Assembly: GCA_024276465.1 (NCBI GenBank)
Contig: JAJRXD010000065.1
Location: 562 to 64,561 of the forward strand
DNA from: Deltaproteobacteria bacterium
GTDB taxonomy: Bacteria > Desulfobacterota > WTBG01 > CAIYCZ01 > CAIRTM01
Direction: 5' to 3'
Length of the DNA: 64,000 nt
The notes beneath the pieces are model-generated. The model made no database searches. It worked only from the letters and a program-made list of their open reading frames with translations, and was not told the DNA's origin. Of this stretch, positions 18,908 through 28,330 are shown one piece after another. The position numbers and the translations under genes are program-made. Positions within the stretch are counted from its first letter, which is position 1. Every line of letters begins with the position of its first letter.

Positions 18908-19978
18908 ATGGCATTAGAGGGTAGAATAAAAGAATTCGGGGTTGCTGACATTCTCCAGCTCATTGCTCAACAGCAAAAAACAGGCATTCTCATGATAGAA
19001 AACAAACATGAAAAAGCAGAGGTTTATTTTGTTGATGGACAAATAATTGAGACGCAGAGATTTCAACAGTCAGACCGCAATCCGCTTGGAGAAATACTGA
19101 TAAGGGCTGGATTAATCTCCTTTCATGACCTTAAAAGTGCCCTGGCAAAACAGAAAAAAACCTGTGAACATCTTGGCCATATTCTTCTCAGAGAAGGATT
19201 TGCAACTAAAGAGCAGCTTGAAAAAACCATACTCATACAGGCATATGAAACATTTTATGATATTCTCCAGTGGTATGATGGCACATACCGCTTTATTTCA
19301 CACAACATAAGCATTGACAACAGCCTGTCATCCATACCTGCACTTGAAGTAATTCTTCTTGATGTGCTCAGAATGATTGACGAGTGGCCCGGGGTAAAAC
19401 AGGTCATAACCTCTTTTAACATGGTATTTGCCAGAGGGGAGAAAAAAACTGATGGCAAACTGGATTCGGATGAACTGCTTGTGTATGACCTTGTTAACGG
19501 AAGTAATACTGTTCAGGATATAGTTGACAAAAGCCTTTTGGGAAGATTTTCAGCATGTAAAGTACTTGCCGGGTTGTTTCAGAACCAATACATCAAGCTC
19601 ACTCCTGCAAAGGCTAAAAAAAGAAGGCCCGGGGGGGTAACAACCTTTCAAAAAGCTGTTGGGGTTGCTTCATACGCCGGGCTGTTCAGCATATTATCTC
19701 TTTTGTTTCTGCTTGCAGCAAAACATCCGGGCAGTGTTATTCCACTGCCAAATCAAAAAACATGGGCCCAGTCACACATTAAACAATACCTGAGACTTGG
19801 AACAATGCAAAAGCTGGCAAAGGCCCTGGAAATATTTCGTTTAAAAAACGGACGTTATCCGGAAAAAACAGCAGAGCTTGTAAGTTCAGGAATTTTACGG
19901 GATGGCGACCTGAAAGCCTTTACTAACGAAACAATTACCTATTCTAAAAAGGGTGATTTTTATTTAATCAGTTTCTGA
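18908..19978 (+). CDS. DUF4388 (PATAN-like) protein with MshEN-like repeats, a TM helix and a T2SS-G-like C-terminal segment
   Basis: MALEGRIKEFGVADILQLIAQQQKTGIL (DUF4388), LGEILIRAGLI..L..AL..Q...LGHILLREG, then a TM helix and ALEIFRLKNGRYP. Confidence 0.82.
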   Translation: MALEGRIKEFGVADILQLIAQQQKTGILMIENKHEKAEVYFVDGQIIETQRFQQSDRNPLGEILIRAGLISFHDLKSALAKQKKTCEHLGHILLREGFATKEQLEKTILIQAYETFYDILQWYDGTYRFISHNISIDNSLSSIPALEVILLDVLRMIDEWPGVKQVITSFNMVFARGEKKTDGKLDSDELLVYDLVNGSNTVQDIVDKSLLGRFSACKVLAGLFQNQYIKLTPAKAKKRRPGGVTTFQKAVGVASYAGLFSILSLLFLLAAKHPGSVIPLPNQKTWAQSHIKQYLRLGTMQKLAKALEIFRLKNGRYPEKTAELVSSGILRDGDLKAFTNETITYSKKGDFYLISF

Positions 19979-20044
19979 CACCAGAAAAAACAGTCTTGCA
20001 CTTAACCCGAACTATAACCATAACAGTAACAGCGCAACAGCTTA

Positions 20045-20962
20045 TCACATCCCTTTTATGTATCTCTCAGCATCAAGGGCTGCCATACAGCCCATCCCTG
20101 CAGCAGTTATTGCCTGTTTGTAAACAGGGTCAGTAACATCGCCTGCGGCAAAAACACCTGGAATGTTTGTCTCTGTTCCGGTTCCTGTAAGGATAAACCC
20201 CTCTTCATCCATATCAATCTGTCCTTTAAACACTTTTGTGTTTGGAACATGACCCAGGGCTATAAAAACACCATCACATTTTATGGAAGTAATCTCGCCG
20301 GTTTTTACATTTTTGACAGAGGCACCTGTGACAGTACCCTGCTCAGGCTCATGTATATCTTCTATAACCGAATCCCACAGAAATTCCATATTGGGAACTT
20401 CAAAAGCCTTTTTCTGCATTATTTTTGAAGCCCGAAGCTCATCTCTTCTGTGAACCACCTTAACAGACGATGCCAGGCCACTCAAAAAGACAGCCTCCTC
20501 AAGCGCTGTATCTCCTCCTCCTACAACAAGCACATCCTTGCCCCTGAAAAAAAAGCCGTCACAAGTGGCACAAACAGATACTCCTCGTCCCATGAGTTTT
20601 TTTTCTGATTCAAGGCCAAGCAGTCTGGGGGATGCGCCGGTTGCAATTATAATACAATCTGTTCTTAGTTTTTCCTCTCCAATATCAACTGTAAAAGGTT
20701 TTTCTTTCAGGTTTATCCCTGAAACTTCACCGGCTTTAAACCTGGCGTCAAATTTCAAAGCCTGCTGCTTCATATCAGCCATGAGTTTCTGGCCGTCGAT
20801 TCCTTCCGGATAACCAGGCCAGTTCTCTATAACAGTGGTCGTTGTAAGCTGTCCGCCCGACTGCATACCCTCTATAACCAGGGGCTCAAGCTGTGATCTT
20901 GATGAATAAATAGCTGAGGTAAGTCCTGCTGGCCCGGAGCCGATTACAATCAAACTGTTCAT
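20045..20962 (-). CDS. trxB: Thioredoxin reductase
   Basis: GSGPAG, CATCDG active site, GGGDTA, HRRD, FAAGD motifs. Confidence 0.98.
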   Translation of the reverse strand: MNSLIVIGSGPAGLTSAIYSSRSQLEPLVIEGMQSGGQLTTTTVIENWPGYPEGIDGQKLMADMKQQALKFDARFKAGEVSGINLKEKPFTVDIGEEKLRTDCIIIATGASPRLLGLESEKKLMGRGVSVCATCDGFFFRGKDVLVVGGGDTALEEAVFLSGLASSVKVVHRRDELRASKIMQKKAFEVPNMEFLWDSVIEDIHEPEQGTVTGASVKNVKTGEITSIKCDGVFIALGHVPNTKVFKGQIDMDEEGFILTGTGTETNIPGVFAAGDVTDPVYKQAITAAGMGCMAALDAERYIKGM

Positions 20963-21248
20963 GGTTTTTCCCTCCGTTTGTGCAATTTCATATTGTCAAA
21001 ACAAACCAGAGAACACAGAGTGTTTCTCTGTGTTCCGGCTTATTGTTGTAAAGATTTTTTTATACCTTTTTCCCAATCCCTTCGCGCATGAATGCGCTCC
21101 TACATATGTTTTGCTTCAATCCTTCAACCCTCTAATCCTTTGTCCCTGTCCTTTTATTTTTTGAAATTGATTTAAAATTATTTTTAACTTGTAACACGAA
21201 ACTCCTAACCCCCGGGACAAGCCCGGGATCAATGACCGTCAACCCAAT

Positions 21249-21303
21249 TTCCTCTGTGCCTTTGTTCCTCTGTGCCTTTGTTCCTCTGTGCCTGTTCTCT
21301 GTG
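21249..21303. repeat. Short tandem repeat, 16-bp unit TTCCTCTGTGCCTTTG, about 3 copies
   Basis: Read directly from the sequence, next to a CCCGGGACAAGCCCGGG palindrome at about 21211-21227. Confidence 0.75.
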
Positions 21304-21435
21304 GTTCATGTTTTTTTTCATAAACCCTTGCTGAAAAATCCTGTGGGACAACAGCACAAATTTTTTTTATTTTTTAATCAAAATCATTTATAATTAACTG
21401 ATATGTTCACATGTTCATGTTTAACGGTACCATCG

Positions 21436-21639
21436 ATGCTGAATAAAAATCAAACCATAAAATGTACAAAGTGCCGGTTTTTCTATATTACATGGAATAA
21501 ATCCTTTCCTTACGGGTGCAAAGTAATGGGGTTTAAGTCAAGGCGGTTACCAATGAAAACTGTTTATGAAAGCTCCGGAACACAGTGCCTGTCATTTGTC
21601 AGAAAAAAGAAAAAGTTGAAAACCGGGAAAACGACCTGA
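21436..21639 (+). CDS. Small Cys-rich hypothetical protein
   Basis: CTKCRFFYITWNKSFPYGCKVMGFKSRRLP...SGTQCLSF. Four spaced Cys suggest metal binding. Confidence 0.7.
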   Translation: MLNKNQTIKCTKCRFFYITWNKSFPYGCKVMGFKSRRLPMKTVYESSGTQCLSFVRKKKKLKTGKTT

Positions 21640-21643
21640 CCTT

Positions 21644-22258
21644 TCACAACACCCCGGCGACCTCCAGTTGCCTTTCCAGCTGCGCAACCGAAATAAAATG
21701 AATTCCTTTCATTCCGCTGCATTCAGCAGCCTTCACAAAATCTTTTATATCGTCAATATACACACATTCCTGTGGCAAAGCATCTGCCTCAGCCATTGCT
21801 TTTTTAAATATTTCATTGTGCGGTTTTTTCCTGCCGACTTTAAAGGAAAGAATAAACAAATCAAAACTGTTTAATACGGGAAAAGTCTCAAGGCAATATT
21901 CAAAATGCCACTGGTTCGTGTTTGAAATACAGAGAAGTTTGAAGCTGCTTTTCAACCTGTTAATAAGCTGTTCTATCCCCGGATTAAGTGTGAAAATACC
22001 CTTCCATACTTTCATGAAAAGCTCTATTTCAATATTCAAATTCAATCTGCAACTCACTGCTTCAAAAAAAACATCAGGAGAAATGCTTCCTGTATCAAGC
22101 TGTTCTTCAAGGCCGGAGGAAAAAATATTTTCATAAACCTCTTCAGGAGAACAGGGGCAGTACTGTGCCAGCCTTCTGCATGTAATGAGGTGATCGAAGT
22201 TAACTATCACTTTTCCCAGGTCAAATATAACTGTTTTAATGGGGTTAGCAGAAGCCAT
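21644..22258 (-). CDS. HAD-superfamily phosphatase (YihX-like)
   Basis: IFDLGKV motif I, ISNT motif II, RKKP, YIDD motif IV. Confidence 0.92.
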   Translation of the reverse strand: MASANPIKTVIFDLGKVIVNFDHLITCRRLAQYCPCSPEEVYENIFSSGLEEQLDTGSISPDVFFEAVSCRLNLNIEIELFMKVWKGIFTLNPGIEQLINRLKSSFKLLCISNTNQWHFEYCLETFPVLNSFDLFILSFKVGRKKPHNEIFKKAMAEADALPQECVYIDDIKDFVKAAECSGMKGIHFISVAQLERQLEVAGVL

Positions 22259-22321
22259 TATTGATAAAATGTTAATAATGAAAAGTTGCTGCAAACAGAT
22301 TTCTTAATACCTTCAAGCAGA

Positions 22322-23383
22322 TCATTCAGATTTAATTTTTTTTATTGCATTGTCAGCACACCATCTGACCTTGCTGTTTGTATCATTTAAAAGTTTTTCA
22401 AGACCCGGAACAGCTTCTTCAGCCAGCTCTCCCATCTCTCCCAGACTGAATGCTGCATTCTTGCGAATTCTGAAATCCCTGCTTTCAAGTGCTTCTATTA
22501 AAGCAGGAACTGCCGGCTCACCAATTTCTGCAAGTGCAAAGGCAGCATTTTTTCTAACCTCTGCCTTTTCGTCATTAAGACAAAAAACAAGTGCTGATAT
22601 GACATTTCTGGTCTTTACTCCTTTTTCCCCCAGGGTTTTGACTGCCTTAGAGCGAATTATTATATCCTTGTCATTTAAGCAGGCTATGAGATCTTCTACT
22701 GTAACCTGTTTGATATTTCTCAAAGCCTGCTTTACTGTCCAGCAAAACGCCTTATCCTCATCATCCAAAGCTCTTTCGAGTGCAGGGATTGCATCTTTTG
22801 CTTTTGGGCCAATTCTTCCAAGAATTCCGGCAGCATTTTTCCTGATGAGGGGAGAGGTGTCCTGTAATATTGCTGTGAGAAAAGGAACTGCTGGTTCTCC
22901 TATTCGAACAAGTGCAGCAGCAACATTCCTGCGCACTCTGGAGTCCCTGTCGCTCAACGCTTTCACGAGGACTGGAGTGGATTGAAAACCGATCTCTCCA
23001 AGCGCAAAAGCAGCATTCCTGCGTACTTCCCTGTCCGGATCTTTTATCAACACTTTTGCAAGATCATTGATTGCAGGTTCTGCCTCCGGCCCTATCTCTC
23101 CTAATGCAAAAGCAGCATTCCTGCGAATGTTCACCTCTTTGCTCCTCAACCCTTCAAGCAATGCTGGAATTGCAGCTTTTACATCTGAACCATATTCCTG
23201 AATAATCTCGAATCCGGATAATGCTGACCGGGGTTCTGCAGTAATATCCCCAGTACCGGTATCTGATTGAAGTTCCTGAGCATTGGATATTGCAGTAATC
23301 ACGCAGCATAAAGAGATTAAAAAAAAGACGCTTCTTTTCAATGAATTTATGACCACAGTTATTAATCTCCACCGGCAGGACAA
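22322..23383 (-). CDS. HEAT/PBS-lyase repeat protein with an N-terminal signal-like segment
   Basis: Repeated VRRNAAFALGEIG / AVPALIEAL units. Exact start uncertain. Confidence 0.88.
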   Translation of the reverse strand: MSCRWRLITVVINSLKRSVFFLISLCCVITAISNAQELQSDTGTGDITAEPRSALSGFEIIQEYGSDVKAAIPALLEGLRSKEVNIRRNAAFALGEIGPEAEPAINDLAKVLIKDPDREVRRNAAFALGEIGFQSTPVLVKALSDRDSRVRRNVAAALVRIGEPAVPFLTAILQDTSPLIRKNAAGILGRIGPKAKDAIPALERALDDEDKAFCWTVKQALRNIKQVTVEDLIACLNDKDIIIRSKAVKTLGEKGVKTRNVISALVFCLNDEKAEVRKNAAFALAEIGEPAVPALIEALESRDFRIRKNAAFSLGEMGELAEEAVPGLEKLLNDTNSKVRWCADNAIKKIKSE

Positions 23384-23406
23384 AGTCAGGGTTAAAAAAA
23401 GGAAGA

Positions 23407-23483
23407 TGGTGGCGGTGCAGGGATTTGAACCCCGGACTCTGCGGATATGAGCCGCATGCTCTGACCAACTGAGCTACACCGCC
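23407..23483 (-). tRNA. tRNA-Met (CAT), probably elongator
   Basis: GGCGGTGTAGCTCAGTTGGTCAGAGCATGCGGCT-CAT-ATCCGCAGAGTCCGGGGTTCAAATCCCTGCACCGCCACCA. Paired first base, encoded CCA. Confidence 0.93.
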
Positions 23484-23714
23484 ACATAAAGTCCCCGTTT
23501 ACACATAAGGTGCATCCTGTATTTACTTTCAGGCATATCCAGTAATACTAAACAGCTTTACAATTCCATTTTGACAACAGTTTCTGGATGCTATCATTAA
23601 TCATTTAACAAATCAACACTTGATTGTTCCAGGGGTTTCCTCAAACTTCTCTTCCTTCAATCTCCAGCCCTTTTGAGCTTGCCTGAAGAAATTTACTGCT
23701 GCCAGAAAGCTTTT

Positions 23715-24242
23715 TTATCTTTTTATTTTGACAGGGAGTTTCCGCCTGCCCCATTTAAGCGCTCTGCTGTGGGAACTAAAGTAAAGGTCTATCCTGGCTG
23801 AACCTTTAATTGCTGAACCCCTATCCTCGACAATCCCTTTGCCATACCCCGGGACATACATCACCGTCCCAAAGGGATAGTATCTTGTATCTGCAGCTAT
23901 GGTCCCGGGATGAGGGAGAAGCAGCCATGGAAAAAAAAGAATGCGCAAAGGTATCATCCATGGCCTTTTCAGGCTGTCCAGTGAAATCAGCCCCGGATTG
24001 TACTGGCGTGGTTCTGTACCACTGGCGGTCAGCCCATGATATGGCTTCCCTTTCATTGAGCTGGTCACATAATACCTGTTCCAGAAGTTTAACTTCAGGT
24101 ACTTCCAGCTGCCCCTTGTCCATGAACAGCATTTTTTACATCCGCAATAAGCAGTTGTCTCAATCTGCCGCTTTTGAACATGGGCGCAATTTGACAGCAG
24201 AACAGAAGACAGAATGATTAAAATAAAATATTTTACGGACAC
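23715..24242 (-). CDS. 3D-domain lipoprotein
   Basis: TTAYC, GLTASG, GTIAADTRYYPFGT, VEDRGSAIKG..RIDLYF motifs. Lipobox-like LSNC. Confidence 0.88.
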   Translation of the reverse strand: MSVKYFILIILSSVLLSNCAHVQKRQIETTAYCGCKKCCSWTRGSWKYLKLNFWNRYYVTSSMKGKPYHGLTASGTEPRQYNPGLISLDSLKRPWMIPLRILFFPWLLLPHPGTIAADTRYYPFGTVMYVPGYGKGIVEDRGSAIKGSARIDLYFSSHSRALKWGRRKLPVKIKR

Positions 24243-24247
24243 TTTAT

Positions 24248-25588
24248 TTAAGATAATTTAAAATATTTTATGGTTTCCTGATAAACCACGTAGCTCAGCC
24301 CTAACATTCCAATCAGATTTGGTATGGCCATTGCCCCGTTCATGGCATCGGAAAAATCCCATACCAGGGCAACCTTTGCATAAGCCCCGACAATAATAAG
24401 GGTACAAAATACCCATCGGTAGGGTGCGCGTGCTTTAATACCGAAAAGAAATTCAATGCATTCTTCTCCGTAATATGACCAGCCGATGAGTGTTGAGTAT
24501 GCAAAAATACTGAGACCTATTGCAACAATGTATTTCCCAAGACCGGGCAGGAAGGTTTCAAAGGCATGCGTTGTAAGGTTTGAGCTTGTCAAGCCACTTT
24601 GCCATACATCAGGAGACAGGAGGATAACAAAGGCTGTCATAGAACATATTACAATAGTATCAATAAAAACCTCGGTCATGGAAATAAGCCCCTGCCGAAC
24701 AGGGCTGTCGGTTTTTGCCGCTGCATGGGCAATGGGCGCACTCCCCAGACCTGCTTCGTTGGAAAAAACACCACGCGCAAACCCGTAACGAAGCGCCTGG
24801 GCAACAGCTGCACCTGTAAAACCTCCCCCGGCTGCACAGGGTGTAAATGCGTGGGTAAAAATAAGACCCAGGACATACGGGATGCGTGAGATATTAACAA
24901 TAATGATAAGCATGGCAAATCCAACATAAAACAGAGCCATAACAGGTATGACCTTTTCCGTCACTTTGCCTATTCTTTTAATACCGCCAATTATTACAAT
25001 GGCTGTTAAAAAGGAGAGAATAATACCGGTTATAAGCCTTGGAATGCCAAACGCCTGTTGCAGGGCAAGGGAAACAGAGTTTGACTGTACCATATTTCCA
25101 ATACCCATGGCTGCCACTGCACCGCACAGGGAAAAAATAATTCCGAGCCAGCGAAGACCAAGCCCCCTGGAAAGATACTGCATGGGGCCACCTGATATGG
25201 TACCGTCGTCCAGTCGCCTGCGATATTTTACGGCAAGCACTGCCTCGCTGTATTTCGTTGCCATACCGAAAAAAGCACAAACCCACATCCAGAATATTGC
25301 ACCAGGGCCCCCAAGAGTTATGGCTGTTGCAACCCCTGCAATATTTCCTGTTCCAACAGTTGCCGAAAGAGCAGTGGTAAGGGCCTGAAAAGGGGTTATA
25401 TCACCCTCAGCCAGTCTTGATTCCGATGGTTTAAAAACAAGACGGAATGCTAAAAACAGTTTTCTGACATTAATAAATCTGAGAATAACAGTCAGTATTA
25501 AACCAGTACCAACAAGCAGCATAAGCATGTATTGTCCCCAGACAAAACTGTTTATTGTCTGCATTGTACTGTCGATAACTTCCATCAT
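24248..25588 (-). CDS. Alanine/glycine:cation symporter (AGCS family)
   Basis: ATVGTGNIAGVATAI, GGPGAIFWMW, RGVFSNEAGLGSAPIAHAAA, MAIPNL motifs. Confidence 0.96.
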   Translation of the reverse strand: MMEVIDSTMQTINSFVWGQYMLMLLVGTGLILTVILRFINVRKLFLAFRLVFKPSESRLAEGDITPFQALTTALSATVGTGNIAGVATAITLGGPGAIFWMWVCAFFGMATKYSEAVLAVKYRRRLDDGTISGGPMQYLSRGLGLRWLGIIFSLCGAVAAMGIGNMVQSNSVSLALQQAFGIPRLITGIILSFLTAIVIIGGIKRIGKVTEKVIPVMALFYVGFAMLIIIVNISRIPYVLGLIFTHAFTPCAAGGGFTGAAVAQALRYGFARGVFSNEAGLGSAPIAHAAAKTDSPVRQGLISMTEVFIDTIVICSMTAFVILLSPDVWQSGLTSSNLTTHAFETFLPGLGKYIVAIGLSIFAYSTLIGWSYYGEECIEFLFGIKARAPYRWVFCTLIIVGAYAKVALVWDFSDAMNGAMAIPNLIGMLGLSYVVYQETIKYFKLS

Positions 25589-25651
25589 CCTGCAGTTTTC
25601 CTTTTTAATTAATTTTTTGGCTGGATATGATAGGGAAGGACATACAGCTTG

Positions 25652-26038
25652 TTAAAGTATGGATAAATTCTCTGCCTCTATGTTATTATTGCCTGTCAGG
25701 CTTATTATTCTGTCTGAATCCTCCTGTTTCATTTTTACAAATTTTACCCCCATCCCTTTGGGAAAGTAGCTCTTCTCTGAATATAAATTGGTCAAAACCA
25801 CCCTTCCTTCAGCCTCAATAGGCTGAGAACTGTTGGGAAGGTTTATTTTTAGAAAAACAGTGCTGTCTATCGGCAAAGGACTGTCTGTCTTAATAAAAAG
25901 CCCCCCCTGATTTACATGGGCCATGTAGGATTTTAAAAAAGTCGAAATATCTTTAAACAATATATCAACTTTTGTAATCCCGGTCAGAGGAATTCTTTTG
26001 TTCATTGTTGTTGTTTGAGGCATAGATAGCTTTTTCAT
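25652..26038 (-). CDS. PilZ-domain protein (TIGR02266-like)
   Basis: SYMAHVNQGGLFIKTDSPLPIDS ... GRVV ... PKGMGVKF. Start placed after the tRNA (ATG 26038, 26023 or 26005). Confidence 0.82.
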   Translation of the reverse strand: MKKLSMPQTTTMNKRIPLTGITKVDILFKDISTFLKSYMAHVNQGGLFIKTDSPLPIDSTVFLKINLPNSSQPIEAEGRVVLTNLYSEKSYFPKGMGVKFVKMKQEDSDRIISLTGNNNIEAENLSIL

Positions 26039-26043
26039 AACTG

Positions 26044-26137
26044 TGGCGGAGAGAGAGGGATTCGAACCCTCGGTACACCTTATGGGCGTACACTCGCTTA
26101 GCAGGCGAGCGCCTTCAGCCAACTCGGCCATCTCTCC
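26044..26137 (-). tRNA. tRNA-Ser (GCT)
   Basis: GGAGAGATGGCCGAG...CTCGCCT-GCT-AAGCGAG, long variable arm, GTTCGAATCC, CCA end. Confidence 0.97.
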
Positions 26138-26157
26138 ACAGTCTGTAACAATATATT

Positions 26158-26372
26158 ACCTGAATTGAGCGATTCTAAAAAAACATGATTTCACTAATCC
26201 CGCTGTGTCGGGATTAGTGAAACAGCATTGAACGGATTTAAGCATTACATAAGCTTCACCTGGATGGTGAAGTGTAATGCTTACCTCAGAAGCAGACATG
26301 GATGTCTGCTGAGAATGAGTGAAATGCTGTTACACTATGCTGTCTTTATCTGAAAAATCGCTCAGCTCAGGT
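26158..26372. mobile_element. 215-bp MITE-like structured element, copy 1
   Basis: TIRs ACCTGAATTGAGCGATT / AATCGCTCAGCTCAGGT, three internal hairpins, near-identical copy at 32055-32268. Confidence 0.85.
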
Positions 26373-26380
26373 CTTAATAA

Positions 26381-26466
26381 TGGCGGAGGGAGTAGGATTC
26401 GAACCCACGGAGCTTTCGCTCAACGGTTTTCAAGACCGCCGCCTTAAACCACTCGGCCATCCCTCC
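26381..26466 (-). tRNA. tRNA-Ser (TGA)
   Basis: GGAGGGATGGCCGAGTGGTTTAAGGCGGCGGTCT-TGA-AAACCGTT, long variable arm, CCA end. Confidence 0.97.
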
Positions 26467-26521
26467 GTCTTATCAGGCCAGTAAAATTATCACTAAACTC
26501 AGCATGAGTCAAGCTGTGATT

Positions 26522-27796
26522 TTATCCGATTTTTTCAAGACCATTCATATAAGGCCTGAGAACAGGGGGAATTATGACACTTCCGTCTTCCTGTTGATAG
26601 TTTTCCAGAACTGCCACAAAGGTTCTTCCCACAGCCAGCCCGGAACCATTTAAGGTGTGGACAAACTCTGTCTTTTTAGTCTTTTTCCTTCTGTATCGGA
26701 TACCGGCTATTCTGGCCTGAAAATTCTCAAAGTTGCTGCATGACGAAATTTCCCGGAACACGCCCTGTGCCGGCAGCCATACTTCAATATCATAGGTTTT
26801 CGCCGCAGAAAACCCAAGATCACCAGTGCAAAGGTTAACAACCCTGTAATGAATTTCAAGCTTTTTAAGCACCTCCTCAGCATTACCAAGAAGCTGCTCT
26901 AACTCATCATAGGAATTTTCAGGCACAGAAAACTTTACCAGTTCAACCTTATTAAACTGATGCTGCCGAATCAGACCCCTTGTGTCCTTACCATAGGACC
27001 CTGCCTCACTCCTGAAACAGGGAGTATGCGAAACATAATAAATCGGCAGATCCTCTTCGCTGAGTATTTCATTTTGATGAATATTCGTTACAGGAACCTC
27101 TGCAGTTGGAATCAGAAAATAGTCCGTACCCTGTATTTTAAAAAGATCTTCTTCAAACTTCGGGAGCTGACCAGTCCCTGTCATGGTTTGTCTGTTGACC
27201 ATAAAAGGTGGCAGCACCTCTGTATAGTTATGCTCCCTTGTATGAAGGTCCAGCATGAAGTTAATAAGTGCTCTCTCAAGCAGAGCTCCTGCGCCCCTGT
27301 AAAGGCTGAAACGTGCCCCGGCAATCTTTGATGCCCTCTCAAAATCAAGAATCCCCAGCTTTTCTCCAACATCCCAGTGGTCTCTGGGTTTAAAAGAAAA
27401 CTCAGGCGGACTGCCCCATGTCCTTATCGTAATATTGTCATTTTCCGTTGTACCTGCAGGCACTGAATCATGGGCAACATTAGGGATAAGCATGAGAATC
27501 TCTTCGGTTTCTTTTTCTGCTGTTTTCAAATCCTCCTCCAAAACTTTAATCTCCAGAGAAAGTTTTTTCATGGAAGAAAACCTTGCAGGGTCCACATGCT
27601 TTTGCTCTTTTTTCAGCTTTGCGATCTCCTCGGATGCACGGTTTCGCTCCGAGCGAAAGCCCTCTATTTTTTTAAGAATTTCCCGTCTTTTTCCATCTGT
27701 CAGCAGAAAACTGTCAAGATTTATCTCATATCACCTGTCAGCCAACTGCTGTTTAAGACATTCACTGTTTTCTCTAACATATTTAATATCAAGCAT
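26522..27796 (-). CDS. serS: Seryl-tRNA synthetase with an in-frame TGA at codon 22
   Basis: ATG 27796 gives [29 protein letters not shown]... in frame with ORF 26522-27595, 424 codons in total. Motifs [21 protein letters not shown] and [12 protein letters not shown] are intact. Confidence 0.95.
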
Positions 27797-27814
27797 AGCC
27801 TTCTTTTTCCTCTG

Positions 27815-28330
27815 TTAACCCTGCAACCATTTCTGAAAATCACTGTAACCACTTGTCTGCCAGCTCTTACCATGGATTTGATTTATAAAATATCCATAAA
27901 GCTCTTCAAGAAGACTGTTCAATGCTTCAATGCTCAGGATTCTGGCATAAAACCGCTCATCAAGGTCATTGTCTTTTGTCCGGGGCATGTCAATTTTCAG
28001 CCCTGATACTTCCAGCCTGTCAGCACGCAGAACAAAAGACCATGTGTTTTCTCCCTTCTCAATCCTTAACCGTGCATCCCTGACTTTTTTGCCTGAGCGG
28101 ATTGCCTGCTTCAGTTCAAGGCTGGTAAAGTCATCTCCTGAATAGGAAACAGTATTAGGAGGGGCTCCGCTGTCATTCTCCATTACTATTTTCCCATCAA
28201 CCCATAAAGAAAACTGGAGGTCTGATGCCGGGATTTCAAACAAGCCCGCCTTTTCATCGCTTTTATAGCAGATGTACGTAAGAAAATCCCTTCCCAGACT
28301 GCTTTGTTTCTTAAACTCTTCGTTATTCAT
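27815..28330 (-). CDS. RdgC-associated protein (second gene of a split RdgC pair)
   Basis: SLGRDFLTYI..KSDE ... ELKQAIRSGKKVRDARL ... FYARI pattern. Overlaps the upstream rdgC-like gene. Confidence 0.65.
   Translation of the reverse strand: MNNEEFKKQSSLGRDFLTYICYKSDEKAGLFEIPASDLQFSLWVDGKIVMENDSGAPPNTVSYSGDDFTSLELKQAIRSGKKVRDARLRIEKGENTWSFVLRADRLEVSGLKIDMPRTKDNDLDERFYARILSIEALNSLLEELYGYFINQIHGKSWQTSGYSDFQKWLQG

Noticed and set aside
22350-22985. Long antisense ORFs opposite the HEAT gene and other genes (e.g. 1390-1833, 10824-11264, 27470-28006)
   Set aside because: Shadow ORFs of well-supported genes, with no motifs of their own.
26039-26131. N-terminal extension of the PilZ ORF (MAELAEGARLL...) and ORF 23154-23468
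   Set aside because: These are translations of tRNA genes.
26381-27733. tRNA-Ser(TGA) as suppressor of the serS TGA codon, or genetic code 25/4
   Set aside because: Anticodon UGA reads UCA, not UGA. Several conserved genes here end at TGA at their normal length.
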